Assembly (NCBI GenBank): GCA_030141605.1
Contig: JAQGDQ010002367.1
Span: 62,001-126,000 of the forward strand
Origin: Tubiluchus corallicola
Taxonomy: Eukaryota > Animalia > Priapulida
Direction of reading: 5' to 3'
Length of the DNA stretch: 64,000 nucleotides
Shown here: positions 25,980 through 39,900 of the stretch, in pieces
Layout of the letters: every line of letters starts with the position of its first letter
How positions within the stretch are numbered: position 1 is the first letter of the stretch
Position numbers and translations under genes: made by a program
The notes under the pieces: model-generated
What the model was told of the DNA's origin: nothing
Databases searched by the model: none
Seen by the model: the letters and a program-made list of their open reading frames with translations, nothing else

Positions 25980-28015
25980 TAGAGATCTCTCATGGTAAAC
26001 CGATGTAAGTCGTCATAATTGTGGACTACATTCATCAGTCTTTGACTTGTAGGGTTTTCATACACATATCCACTGTAGTACTCAGGTACTTTGCGTGTGC
26101 GTCTAGGGTATTGCAATGACGGTAATGGTGACGGTGTAAGCATACCCTGGCAAGGAACTTCAGAAGCTGCACTAACTAAAAACGGTAAGTGAGAAAGTTC
26201 ATGTGAGTCAGAACAGTCAAGTTGTTGCATTGGGAGGTTACTCGTTGATAAATTGTTAGCATTTGTCACACGCTGCTTGTCAAAATGTTCTTTCCAGTTT
26301 TCTTTAGTGATAGGACATGGGTTTTCAGGACTATCAAAGAAATTAATTATTTATTGTTCATTGTTAACTGAAGCCTGGCCACCAGGTTGTGAATTGAGTT
26401 CACCCTCAACTCTAGTGACGTCATTGGCCTCTTGGTGAAGCAATGAATTTTCACCAGTTTTTCAGGGGTTAAAGGCTTTGGTAATTCAAGGGTTAACTCA
26501 GGTTGCCAATCAAGGATAAGATCACGTGTCGATACGTCTCTTGTTTCTTTGCTGTCAGCAGCGAGGGATGCGGTTTCAAGTAATTCTAACGTCTGAGTCC
26601 CAGGAAATTCGTTTCGTATGGGTGTTGATGTCAAAGGAAATCGTCCTATGGGGAAAGGTGCTGGCAGGTCTTTTAGTTTTCCACGACCCCTGGGGTGAGT
26701 TTCACTAGGATATGACCCTTCTTCCTGGATAGGACTCAATGTAAGAGAGAAACCCATAGGAGCAATTGGCAAGCTGTCATGAAAACTCGATGAAATTTCA
26801 AGATCATCTTCTGTGTCTCATGAACTCGAGTGTCATTTCCGTGTGGCAATGTATAACGTGAAGGTGGCAAAATAAAAGAGTCTATGTCCTCTCCTGGCGC
26901 ATCACCTATTGGTAATGGTAGTTGTTCCACGGATGGTTCAAGTTGTAAACTTCTGCATTCTTCCACATCAGGATCAGCATTACTCGAGCTATTAGAATCA
27001 GAAAGTTCATATTGTTGTGATTGGACGTCAACACTAGTATTAGCATCAGCGTACCATGGGTTGTTCGTAGTTCTTCGAGCTGTCTCCACTCCAAGTAAAA
27101 CCTTCTGCTGGAACATACTTCCATAATCGATCAGAGTGTACAATTTTTGGCTGTTGCTTTCTATCAGTGAGCTTAATTATATAGGTTACATCAGATAATT
27201 TATCTATTATTACATAGGGACCGTGCCAATTGGACTGCAGTTTATTGTTTTTGCCGACTTTCCTTTGAGGATTGAAGAGCCAGACTTTATCACCAGGAGA
27301 ACAGAGGAGAAGACGAGAGCGAACATCATACCTCTTACGCATTACCTCACCAGAGAAACGCAAATTATTGCGTACGAATTGATGTACATCATACAAATGC
27401 TGTTCTAATTTTGGTATGAATTCCACATAGTTAGTACACGTAATGTTAGTAGGGGGTTTTCCAGTTAGTAATTCATACGGGAGTCGTAACTCACGTCCAT
27501 ACATCACTTGAGCAGGAGTGAAATTGGTAGTCTCATGCACAGCACTGTGATACGACATTAACAGCAAGGGTAATTTACTGTCCCAGTCTTTTTGATTGAT
27601 GCTCAAAGTCTTAATGTATCGTTCTGCAAGTCCGTCACTTTTTGAGTTCAAAAGCAGCAGTTCGCCTTTTTTCAATGCCCATGAGTTCGCAGTATTGTTG
27701 AAAAATGTTGCTTTCGAAATTGCGGCCCTAATCAGAATGAATTTCTAAAGGCATTCCATACCGACAGAAAAATTCTTCAACTAATACTGAAGCTACTGTT
27801 TCAGCTTCTTGGTTTGGGATTGCATAAGCCTCTGGCCATTTAGAAAAAAAGTCCATCGCAACCAAAACGAATTTGTTTTTACGCGAAGACAACGAAAATG
27901 GCCCAGCTACATCAATGGCCACCCTCTCCATAGGTGCTCCTACACGATATTGTTGTAAGGGCGCCCGCGGTTTACGTTGCTGTCCTTTCTTACGACAGCA
28001 AACTTCGCATGATTG
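25980..28015 (-). mobile_element. Gypsy integrase + C-terminal extension relic
   Basis: APMERVAIDVAGPF..LVAMDFFSKWPEAYAIPNQEAETVA..FCRYGMPLEIHSD*GRNFES; SDGLAER; HETTNFTPA; WHGPY motif. Confidence 0.92.
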
Positions 28016-28069
28016 TGATTGCTGTTGCTATTTTGGGTGGTGCAGGTTTGCAAATGCCTGTGTAATAGT

Positions 28070-31000
28070 GTTATTGTGTGATGTTTGACGTTTGACTGTT
28101 TTGCAAAATTTGCAAAACTGTTTTCGTTTCTTTGCGTGTTTAATGCTATCTGCAGGTGAAATGACTGAAAAGGCAGGGTCTGCAAAGGGGGAGTCAGCAC
28201 AAGCAGTTGCTAAGCACATGATTACTAAGAAGATAAACCACATAGATACATTAATTGAAACGTGTCCAGATAAAATTCAACTTCCGCCGTTGCAGGGTGA
28301 ATTACAGCATCTGTTTCAGAACTTCAGACAGCTGCATGAAGAAGTCGTGAAATTTATTCCACAGGAAGATGAGGCTCAAGCTAATGCGAGATTATACGTT
28401 GAAAAGGTACAACAAGGTGTAAATGCCTGTTTGGAAAGAATTGGTGATTATGTGGCACAACCAGAGCATATTAAGCCCGATGGGGAGGTACATATAGGAG
28501 TCCGTTTAGCACTAACCCATTCCATGGAACACCTAGCATGGTTGCATCAAAGTCCAATCCTTTTTTTGAATAAACCAGCAATAAGTCGCAATCTGTCGGC
28601 TCATAATGCATTAGTAATGGGTAGTAATGCAGGCTCACACTCTACTAGTTCACGTTCTGCCAGGTCTAGTTACATTAGTAGTGCTAAGGCGGAGGTTTGT
28701 GCACATAAGGCGTCCCTTCTTGTGGAAGCAACCATGATGAAGGAGCAGAACCAGTTTTACTCATGTGAGGTCTAGTAAAGAGGTCATGCTTCTTATCGGG
28801 CAAGATAATGCTGAAGCATTTCGTCATTTGGAAGTAAGGCGAGGAATGATAGATCAACCATACACGGTTCGGACACCTCTAGGTTGGACCATTAATGGCA
28901 CTGTTTGTGAAGCAGCAGAAGAGTGCACAGCAGTGGTCAGTTGCACTAGATGTGATGAGGACTTGACAGATCAGGTGCAGAATTTTTGGCAGGCTGATGC
29001 TGTTCCAGAAGTTGCTTATCCCCACTATCTGTTGAAGATAAAAGAGTTTTGAAAATTTGGAACAATTCTGTTCTTACTGTAAATGGCCACTATCAGGTGG
29101 ACATGGACATTCCCTTCATGTTTAATCCTCCTCAGTTCCCCAACAATTATAGTTTAGCCGAACGTCGTCTTTACACACTTAAGTGGAAACTGACACGTGA
29201 GCCTGAACAACATGCCAAATATGCACAAGGCATTGCTGACATGCTACAAAAAGGGTTTGCTGAAGTTGCACCACCGCTCCAGAATGAGGATTAAGAGAAG
29301 TGATTAATCCTAACAAGCTGTCAAAACTACGAATTGTGTTCAACTGTGCAGCTGAGTATCAAGGTGTTTCTTTAAACATGCAGGTTTATCAAGGGCCAGA
29401 TCTCACAAATAAACTAATAGGTGTGTTGTTGCACTTTAGAGAGGGTCCTATTGCTGTTATGGGTGACATTGAGGCTATGTTTAATCAAATAATGGTTCCA
29501 CCTGCTCATCGTGACGTACTGCACTTCCTTTAGTTTCCGAATGGGGATCGTCAACAAGAGCCAGTCACATATAGAATGACCAGGCATCTCTTTGGGGGAA
29601 AGTGGAGCCCAAGTTGTACTTCTTATGCATTGCGAAGAACAGCTCTTGATAATCAGAAAGTCTTCTCAGAATGCATTATTCTAGCAGTGTTAAAAAATTT
29701 CTACGTTGATGACTGCTTAAAGCCTTTTCATTCAGTAGAGGAGGCAACTGATTTCATTAATCAGATATGTAGCCTTTTGGCTCGTCGGGGGATTTAGGAT
29801 CACTAAGTGGATATCAAACAATCGTGAAGTTTTGCAGGCATTGTCTTTGGAGGAAAGAGCTGAATCTGTCAGAAACCTGAATTTTGCCAAGGAGTTTTGC
29901 CAGCAGAGTGTTCATTAGGATTGTATTGAGATACTGAGGCTGACCGAATTGGTGTTCAGGCGAGGGTGAGAAGAAAAGAATCTACCTGACGTGGTCTATA
30001 AGTATCTTAAGCTCAGTTTATAACCCCTAGGGATTGATCTGTCCTGTTGTTCTGACTGCTAAGCTTCTTTTCCAATCAGAAAGTAAAATGAAGAAAGGAT
30101 GGGATGATCTTCTTGAGGAGGAAACTGATCTAAAGTGGAGGCTTGGTTGCCAGATTTTCCTAGATTGGATCATTTTGGTGTTGACCATTTTTTGCCAGTG
30201 GACAGTGGTGAGCTCGGTAGCTGCGAGCTTCACATTTTTTCAGATGCCTCACAAGTTGCCTATAGAGCAGTGTCCTATCTTCACTTTTTGGATAAAAGTG
30301 ACAAAGTTTTGTTCTAGCGAGGTCTCGTCTAGCGCCATTGAAAGCTTTAACAGTTTTAGAGTTGAACTCTATGCCACTGTCATGGCAGTAAAGTTAAATC
30401 AGGTTTTAAAGGCAGAGCTGGTGATTGGGATAACAACTTACTGGACTGATAGCATGATTGTGCTGGGATACATACGGAATACAGATAAAACCTTCAAAAC
30501 CTTTGTTGCCAATCGTTTGAGCTTTGTTCATGAAGGATCGAATCTGTCAGTGGTTCTATGTCAGCTCGCGGGAAAATCCAGCAGATTTTGCTTCTAGGGG
30601 GATGCCTGTTGAACAGTTTATTGCTTGTAAAAAGTGGCTGTGCGGGCCAAAGTTTCTATGGGAGCCAGTGGTTCAAATAGAATGGACAATTTCCCTAGAC
30701 TATGACTTTGCAAATGATACTGAAATCAAGCAAGATAAGTCTTCAAGTCCAAAAGTAACATCTTGCATAGCATCCACTACTGGCGATTTGAATTTAGTGA
30801 ATAAACTATTTAAAAGACATTCGTCTTGGTACATGCTCAAAAAGAGTGTGGCCTGGAGTTTAAGGCTGAGAATGCTGCTGTTGTGTTAGGCTAGGGGTGA
30901 AAGTGAAGTTGCTTTCTCAGGGCAACTTTCCGTTGTGGAACTACAGCAGGCAGAGCAACATATTGTGAGGTTCTTGCAATGGAAGTATTTTAAGCCTATT

Positions 31001-31640
31001 CTCTTGGCACTGCAGAGAAATAGTCATGCTGGCTTGCCTGGTAGTAATGATCTGAGGAAAATTGATCTGATCCTATTCTCTCTTTTGGGGGCCTATTGTG
31101 TGTGGGTGGACGTCTGAGAAATTCTGCCTTACCTGAGAATGCCAAGCATCAGGTGATACTGCCTAAGGATGACAATGTTGTCACTCTCATCGTTCGCCAC
31201 TACCATGAAATGTGCAGTCATTCGGGGAGAGAGCATGTATTATCGTTGATCCACGAGAAATATTGGATAATTAAGGCTAGAACAGCTGTTTGAAGGGCTA
31301 GCAGAAACTGTTTTCCTTGCAGACGTCGTTATGCTTCTCCTGAGTGTTAAAAGATGGCAGATATGCCTTACGATAGAACAGTATTGGGGCTGCCTCCTTT
31401 CACAAATGTAGGAGTGGACTGTTTTGGTACTTTCAGAGTAAAGCATGGTAGAGTAGAGGCAAAAAGATATGGCTGCGTTTTTACGTGCCTTGTCAGTCGC
31501 GCAATTCACATTGAGGTTTTGCATTCTCTTGAAACCGATAGTTTTATAAATGCATTAGGCAGATTCATTAACAGACGTGGCACTCCAAGTTTAATCAGGT
31601 CAGATAATGCTACAAATTTTGTCGGGGCAAACAATATTGT
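28070..31640 (+). mobile_element. BEL/Pao LTR retrotransposon relic (gag fragment, RT, RNaseH, integrase; 3' truncated)
   Basis: LLIGQD..RTPLGWTING; [32 protein letters not shown]; RHLFGGKWSP; NFYVDDCL; ELHIFSDASQVAY; YWTDSMIVLGYI; ENPADFASRG; [24 protein letters not shown]. Confidence 0.95.
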
Positions 31641-31742
31641 AACGGATACAAGAAAACATCTTAGGTTGCATAGTTGCTTATTCTAAACAAAAAAAACAAA
31701 TTAAGAAATAATAAGAAACAAATTACACAGAAAATTTAAAGC

Positions 31743-31914
31743 AATTTTCTAAGCCCATCTAGCCACATACCAAAAATTGTGGCCCTAGCCCAAAAACTGT
31801 AGGAGTAAATGGAGCCTAAATATATATCTGTTTTTCGTTAGGCTTTATTTACTCTTACAGTTTTTGGGCTAGGGCCACAATTTTTGGTATGTGGCTAGAT
31901 GGGCTTAGAAAATT
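31743..31914. repeat. Long near-perfect inverted repeat (~76-bp arms, ~19-nt spacer)
   Basis: AATTTTCTAAGCCCATCTAGCCACATACCAAAAATTGTGGCCCTAGCCCAAAAACTGTAGGAGTAAATGGAGCCTAA versus its reverse complement at ~31838-31914, with three G/A differences. Confidence 0.95.
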
Positions 31915-33309
31915 CACTCACTATTATACGCTCTAGTATTTTGAAAATATAGCATAAATTTGAGACGGAACGATAATTATTCAAGATGGTAGCATCCAAA
32001 TAATGTTTTTTCAGAAGTGGGCGTACAGTAGCCAATTTTAAATAACGTTGAATTTCACCTGTAAGCTAAAAGACATTGTAGAGATGTGTGAAAAAGGATG
32101 CCAAAGCTGAGACTGACTTTTTCACAAATGATGTTGTCCAATGAACATGACTGGCATGAAGACTCACTGATTAACTTTGTTATTGTGCCTACAGTTACAG
32201 GCTTGAAACCCTAAAAAGCATTGCTAGTGTCTTCTGTAACAGGATATTCTAAAGTAGAGATGTTCGCTGAAAGTATCTCCCAAAATTTACAAATTTTATT
32301 TTTTATCTTCAAAAAATTTGAAAACCTGTCTACTAACTGTTCACGTGGAATGTCACGAGGAAGTACCTTCCCTGAATGTGACTTAAGTGTCCGAGAGTAC
32401 GTTCATCATAGAAAAGACGTTCTGGCCATCAGCTTCGTCTGGTAAACTGGTATCTGGTAAACTGTCCATTTCATAGTGAAAATTGAAATCTCCCGCAACG
32501 ATAAGTTTGCAGGATGGAACTGCGAACTTTAACAAGGTTGAAAAATCGAAACTAAAATCACTTGTTGTACCTCTGTGTAGCAGACTGTCAGTAAATTTCG
32601 CGCCTTAAGATTGCGTATCGTTTGTCAACGATATTCGCGCCTTCAAATTTCGCGCCATTTGTCTTGGTTCACTGGCTCAATGTGTTTTAAACAGTAGGTA
32701 TTATTGACGGTTTGAGTATACGGGAACGTTTTGGTTGTCAGTAGTGTGTGAGAATGTATTTACATTGTTTTTTGCTAGTTTTTTTTCGATTTTATACTGG
32801 TAGTGTACCTGAACCTTAACTTGTTCCTCTCAAGACTGGGGCAATGATGTAAGCAATAATTATATTTAGTTAAGTAATTTGAACTTGATGTTTAGTAACT
32901 TGAAACGAATTAGAATGTGTGGTAAATATGTAATTAGTCTAGAAAAGATTTCAGTTGATTTGTGCTACAGAATATTGGCAGTATATATTACTTTCTGTAC
33001 TTTTTAATATTGTATTTTCTATTACGACAGCTTCATTTTCATATTGTGAGTTTCATTATGTCAGACAATAGCACATTTGCTTTAAATTTTCTGTGTAATT
33101 TGTTTCTTATTATTTCTTTATTTGTTTTTTTTGTTTAGAATAAACAACTATGCAACCAAAGATGTTTTCTTGTATCCGTTACACTCTGTTTTTGTACTCT
33201 TTGGTGGACGACAAATTATAATGAAATGTAAAATTCACCTGGCAACTTTGAATGAGATGTCTATTGACTCAAAGGATGTAGTGAGATACTTTCTCAGAAA
33301 CAACTAAAT

Positions 33310-33560
33310 TTGATCGAGCAATGATGGCCACACCGCCAACTCCACGTTTCTCACGAGGTTGCTGATACAATGAATACTCCTTAATAGAAGACAGCACTTC
33401 AGAAATAATGGGATCGTCTTTGGTTTTAAACCACGTTTCGGTTCAAATTATGCAGTCTAAATTTTCGTCCAGTAGTATTGATGCTAAGGCAGCAGTTTTC
33501 TCTGTCATAGAACGAGCATTCCGTAATGCACCCCACATATGCAATTTAGGAAGCAGCTAG
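33310..33560 (-). mobile_element. LINE APE endonuclease fragment
   Basis: Minus strand NARSMTEK...NLDCII/TETWFK and GVGGVAII motifs. Confidence 0.65.
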
Positions 33561-34624
33561 ATATCAATGCAATCTTAACTAAAGTTTTGGTTCTATCTGA
33601 AATCTGTCTTGTCTCTGTTGTGCAATTTTGCACGATACAATTCTTAAGCAAACGGCTGACGTTGACACCTGTCGGTTGTCAATATAGTGACCCCATTTCC
33701 GGCTTGTAGGTAGTGTGAAGAAGAAGTGTGAGAGCGATACCGAGTTTGAAAAATTCCAGGTATAATTTTAATACCGAAACTAGCGTCTTGTACCTTTTAG
33801 CTATTAATGAAGCTCGGGTACAAGATACCAAGCCTGTGCTGCTTGACATCTTTATATCCAGGTAACAGTATGCCCCAAATATAAGGATAGAGTGTATGAT
33901 AGGCAGCTCAAGGTTACGTGTAGATTTTCACGAAACGTCTAACTTCCAGGCTTACAGTAGTACTAAAATACATGCTATCGTGAAAAGAAGCCAGACTGAT
34001 TCCGTTTAGTATGTGGCTTTAATGGAAGTTATTTGAAGTTTCAGCCAAGAAAATTTAAAACAGACTTGCCATTAAATTTTCACACTGATTCTCACTATAA
34101 TATACTGTAGTTTTCCAAAATCACTTAAACTAACATTCTAATAGCACATAGTTATTAAGATAACCAAAACGCTAAAGTTACACAATAAAAAATCGTTAAA
34201 AGTGCGAGCACAGATCGCAAGTTGCTAACACCTCTTATACTACATGTATATGACGATTCTTCATGAGAAACAGCACGAGGAAAATTCGTCGTAAAGGTTA
34301 CTGTGAAGTGCGACATAGAAAATAATGTGTTCCATTTTCGTGAGGAAGATGGCTGTTCAGGACAATTCATTCAAAAAGGTCTTTAGTCCGTTTCTATGCA
34401 AATGGACTCTCTACCTAAATTTTCGCTCTAAACAAATTTTTGTTCCCCGTAGAATATTTTCTAATCTTTTATACGTATAATTTAATGTAATTTTACACGT
34501 TACAGAATCGCACAGTTTAGCACATTGCCAAATAAACTCTTGTATGATTACTATGATAAACTCATGAAACCCTTTCCATTTTGAAAACCGTTACGAGTTT
34601 TAGTTGTATAATTAAAATACTTAC

Positions 34625-35158
34625 CTGAGCATCACGGTGCGATCTGTAACTCGCCCAGCAACATGCCTCAAGTTGATTTTCGTCTATTCCCCAGTATGTT
34701 AGCTCTTCTTCGTACATTGGTCCGCATACGTCGGTAGGCATGTGTAGCTTACCAGTTCGGTAATAGTTCAAAACGGCTGCAAATACAGTTGGATGACGGT
34801 CGAAGAAGTACTCTCCCGTAGTAGGTTCATAGTCAACATTCATGGCACTGGCGTTTTCGACAAGCCAAGCAAGTCTCGTGTCCGGTATGTTACGCAATGT
34901 AGATCGGTATGTTTCATGGCGGACACCCCCCACATTAATTATAATTCTGTTTTCTCGTTTTTGGTTGTATGAGGCAGACGGGACATCTAGTAGTTCCATG
35001 ACTGATAATCTCGGTGCTTGAGAGCTTTCGGGAATACCACTATGTGCTCGCGAATTTTTTCTCACAGTACCAATAAGGGCACGTGAATCTTTTCGAAAGG
35101 ATGATAGTGCCAGAAAGTCACTGCAGTCATAATCATCACGAAGCTCACAATCAGTCAT
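34625..35158 (-). CDS. Shaw: Shaw/Kv3-type voltage-gated K+ channel, coding exon 1 (N-terminus + T1 tetramerisation domain)
   Basis: Translation [29 protein letters not shown]...[49 protein letters not shown], with the HX5CX20CC Zn motif of non-Shaker T1 domains. Ends ..HRDAQ at donor CAG|GTAAGT; 534 nt, phase 0. In-frame TGA 9 nt upstream of the ATG. Confidence 0.95.
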
Positions 35159-35341
35159 AATCAGTCAAAATAAAGCATGTGCTTTGAAACCGCACTGTAG
35201 CTTATGTTGTACCACATGTTGAAGCTATTACGGTTTTGTGTTCTCTAAATTTTTCGTACCAGCTCTCTTGAAACTAAAGCATTAATGTTAATCATGGTTC
35301 GTTTTCTATCACAGATAGCTGCTCGTTGTCTAATTCATGAT
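35159..35341 (-). other. Probable 5' UTR part of the Shaw ATG exon, starting at a splice acceptor
   Basis: Minus-strand CTGACGACTTTTTTCAG|ATC (branch-like CTGAC, pyrimidine tract, AG) at 35342-35358 implies an upstream non-coding exon. Confidence 0.55.
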
Positions 35342-35749
35342 CTGAAAAAAGTCGTCAGCATACAGAGTTTAGAATTTAGAAATTATTTTCATGGAATTTT
35401 TATTATTTTTTAGCAGATAGCGCAGTGCAACAGACATATTGTATACAATGGTGTCATTTGTCCCCACTAACAATAGAGAATCAGTGTAAATACAATTTTA
35501 TGAAATAAAATAAATAAAATAAAATAAAACAAGTAGGCCTATTCACTTAATCAAGGCCTAAAAATATTTTAAATGGCTTATCACAAAATTTAGTTCTCTG
35601 GCGGACAATGTATTTCTTACTTGTAGAAATAAGTTACGATGTAAATCGTTTTCAATTTTGTTTTCACTTTATTTTCTTAACGTTCTAGGCATGCCATGAG
35701 ACCATGCTTTTACGTTAATTTTTTAGTGTCGTCTGTCAGGATATGTTTT

Positions 35750-36072
35750 TTCAAAGCAAACTTCTACAACAGACGACAAATTAAAGTGGAAGAAGACCAG
35801 TAAAATTATCGAACGAGACAGAAGGACAGTGACAAAAGCCCGCGCACACGCACCCACGTACACACACATGCACGCATGCACACATGCACGCACTCACGCA
35901 CGCACTCACGTACCCGCACGCACGCACGCACGCACACACACATACACACACCTTCGCGCACATGCACACACGCATTTCCAAAGCAAATTTCTGCAACAGG
36001 TGACAAAATTAATTAAAGTGGAAGAAAACTAGCAAAATTATCGAACGAGACAGAAAGACAGTGAAAAAGGCA
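35750..36072. repeat. Two ~85-bp imperfect direct repeats flanking a degenerate (CA)/(CACG)n tract
   Basis: CAAAGCAAA...AATTAAAGTGGAAGAA...AAAATTATCGAACGAGACAGAA.GACAGTGA occurs at ~35753 and ~35980; microsatellite at ~35842-35973. Confidence 0.9.
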
Positions 36073-36799
36073 CATTACAGGGACGAAATATCATTTATTT
36101 TTGACTCCTCCGTACATTGTAAACATTGTAATGGCTCACCCAGATGAAGCCATTGCATAGTGGCGCTGAATATCAGGTATAAAACGGTCGCTATGGAATG
36201 GCTCGTGGGGCAACTGCATGTGTTCCGTTATTCAAGGCTACAAATACAATCTACTTGAGCTGATGAAGCGCACAGAGTGAATTCTGATTAGAGGGATAGT
36301 AAAAAGTGAAGGTAACGAGGAATAAGTAAAAGGAGACACTTGTGTTTTGTTTAAATTTAATTATGGAGTTCCCACATTTATTGTAAAGATGGCGGCGTGG
36401 CAAGATTTCATATTGTCATTGAGTTAATGGGACTACGTCATACTCGTGAAATACCTTTTTTGTAAATAAAGAAAAGTAGAAAGCCTGGCTAACATAAAAA
36501 GTAACTTAAGAGTAAATTACGGTGTAACAACTCATAATAGGGAAGATTTTGAATAGTCAGTAATGGAGTATGCTCAGTATGATGACAGTGTATGGTGTAA
36601 TTATCAGACTTATTAGAACATACATGTACACAAAAACGAGCTGAAAACATATGTAGCAAAGCAATGAAAGGTATCAGTACACACAACTTGTTATTTGAAA
36701 ATTCCTTTGACTATTTACCAAAAAAAACGTATATTTCACAGAAGCAAAAATGTTTTATAAAATTGTTAATCAGTTAACAGCATTATATTTATTTGAAAT

Positions 36800-36975
36800 A
36801 CTGCCAACTGAATACTTGTATTCATTGCGTAAGAGAGATGATTTGCTTTGTTCCATACTAGATGTAACTATTTTAAATACTCGCTCTTTCCTGTGTCCGT
36901 GACTGAATGGAACAATTTGCCAAATTTTATAAAAGACTCCTTCCGTCAGCGTATTTTGCAGCAGGTACAAAAAGT
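36800..36975 (+). mobile_element. LINE 3'-end fragment
   Basis: NYFKYSLFPVSVTEWNNLP terminal motif. Confidence 0.65.
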
Positions 36976-39900
36976 ATCTGCATACCTACATATTACACAC
37001 ATGACTCTCATTCAGGAGCAGTTCCACAAACTCGAAAAAATAGAATTATTACAAGAAATAGACGATTTGCATGAGAAAACAAAGGAAAAATATGGGAAAA
37101 ATGAAGGGCTGGGGAAAACAGGTAACATAAGAGAAATGAAGACAGAATTCAGACAGTCACAATGTTATATGCCGTATCACCACAAAAGGCTAAGATGTTA
37201 TTTTGGAAATACTGCAGATACAAACACGGGAAGTTTGGTGAAATGACAACAATTTGTAGATACTATAGAGATGGTAAGCGCTGTTCCTATGGACGGAAGA
37301 TTTTGACATGAAAAAGAGACAGTGTAACAGAGAAAAATAGTGATGATCGATAGAGATGGAAGAGGATGTGATGAAAATGAAATGAAAATAGATCAAACAA
37401 AGTATGGGCGGGAGATTATGAACGTAGAGGAAATGAGTGGAACATTAAAAACTGGATTAGCGATTAAAAAGCAAGAAATGAAGAAATGCAGAGGTTGAAA
37501 CAACAAATTCTTTTTAGGGACCAAGAACAAAAATGATGGTGCAAATAAGTCAGTATTGTTAGAGAAAAGAGAAAATATAGAAAAAATATAGGAAATATAA
37601 GAAGGGGTGTAAAAATAAAAAATGTGCAAAAATTTCAAAATATATTATGCAAACTGTAGATGTATGAAAAGAAAAGAAGAAAGTATCACAGCAATGTTAG
37701 AAGAAAAGCATTTAGAAAATAATATGTTTGGTAGAAACTTTTTGAAATGAGGAAGAAGTTGTTTATTTTAACGAAAACAATAAAGTATGAAAAATTTATA
37801 AATAATCGTGAAGAAGATAAAGGCTGTATACTTGTGAAGGAGGTAGCTATGGTAACATACCTGTATTCTAGAAAAGGTAAATGAAAATTATGAAGAACTT
37901 TGGCTGATCACAAACAATGGAAGGACTAAAATAAAGAACAAAAATACAGAAGTTGAAGAAAATGTACCAACATACATACAGACATGTAGACATGCGGAAA
38001 GAGAAAGAAAAAATCATAATGATCAGTGATTATAACCGTAAAATCGGGAAAATAATAAGTAGATTCAGAGACTATGTAGCGCCAGCAGGTAGACCATTAT
38101 AAATAAATACAAAAAGCAAACCTGGAAGTATTAAATGGTGATTCAAAATGCAAGAGTATGCGGACAGCGCAGAAGGCGAAGCAAAATCAGTAACACAATT
38201 GTGATGACCCTGATCCTGTATTTCCTCTAGGGGAATCAAAAAGGGGAATGCTGCGTTAGTTTTACATCTCATAACAGAAGGGAGCTAGTATGATAGTCAC
38301 TAAATGTATGGATGCAGATCGGCCTAAGGCTGATGTTAAAAATACGGGGGACTATGGCCTATTTGCATTCTATACACTGATGGATCTAAAGAAAAAGAAA
38401 GATCAAATGGCAGATATTAAAATAATTAATCAAACAATTTAATTATCAACAAATTCCAAAGTGATTCGATTTAAGCAAAAGTTCAGTAATAACAAAGATA
38501 TAGCAATATTGACAAAGCTTGGGGTTAGTAGGGTATATACGTTTGCATGAAGTTCATGTCTGCCCACTATGTACCTAGGTTTTTTTGGAACACTTTTCCT
38601 TTAAAGCGAACAGTCTGTAGAACGGTAGCAATACGTCGTATAACCTCTGCGTCTGAATACAGTTGTGATTCCAAACTTCGTCAGAGAACTACCAATTAGT
38701 CTTTACCCAGCAAGTAGCATCGAAGAACATTGGGCTAGTATACGTGACGTTTACGTTATCAGTGCGATGTTAGTTACGATCGTAACAAAAGCGAAAAGTA
38801 CCTGTTACCACCCTGGATGTGGTTCTGTAGTAGGTCGATCCATTTGTCCGTCCGTGGGTAACTCCACTATTGCAGACTGCAAGCCAGCATCTCTGGGACA
38901 ACTCTGGTTGACGACCACAGGCTACACCAACTAGGCTCTCACTGTATCACCATGTACATTACACACCATATCTTGTGTGAAACTTTCTAGTACGGCATTT
39001 CTCTTCAAAAACATATAACTTCACAGAGACGAGTAAATGACCTGTCTCGTTCTGTGTCAAGTTGCCGTCTATATCTAAACAGTGTTGAACGAAGTTCATC
39101 GAGAAGCCACTCGCTTAAACAGCTGTAATTTTATTCACCTGTACACTATCGTTAACCTTGACTTAGCCACTGCATTACAGCCGCGATAGGGCAGACAAGA
39201 GTGGGTCAGACGGAATTCAAAAGGGGGTCTGTTAGTAGGTGCCTACATCCTAACAAATTATCAGTAATTAATAACACAATTAACTATCACTGCCAGTAGC
39301 TAAATATCATACATATCAATTAATTGAACATACAGTATGAATAGGGCTTAATGTTGCATAAGCGTAATGTGAGAACTATTAAATCTAGGGCGAAACATGA
39401 CAACAATGCAATATTTACTAACAGTATATTAGAGGGAGGCATTCATAATAGAGAATAAAAAGTGAAGTGAGAGAAGAGAAGTAACGAGCTAAGAGAGAAA
39501 GATGCTAAGTGTTGGAGAGTGTTAACCAATAAAGGAGAATATTAACAAAATGTGGGAAAGCGAAGACAGCTTTCAAGAAAAATATGACAAGTGGAACGGT
39601 GAAGCACTTTAATAAAAGAAAGTCTAAACAAATGTACTAAAAGGAAGAGAGGTATTTCAAAAGGTGTTAGAATACTAAAAAAAATTAAAAAAGATTTGAA
39701 GTCACAGCAAAATAAGACAGGTATTAGCATAACAGAAAAACAAATAATGGCTGAAAAAATAAACATAGTCGCGCAACACGTACTTGAATAAGAACAAAGT
39801 GATCAAACAAGAAGAATAAAAAAAGGTGCGGAAAGTTTCAATAATGGAGCCGGCATTCGATCTAAAAGATTTTGGGAATTCTGACGAGCAGGAAGAAAGA

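Noticed and set aside
38557-39196. TGTCTGCCC...GGGCAGACA as transposon ends
   Set aside because: Only 9 bp of inversion, with no convincing TSD or coding motif.
36980-39890. A-rich plus-strand region as a host gene
   Set aside because: Riddled with stops; only faint LINE-like traces (KIYYANCR, NVRTIKS), too degraded to classify.
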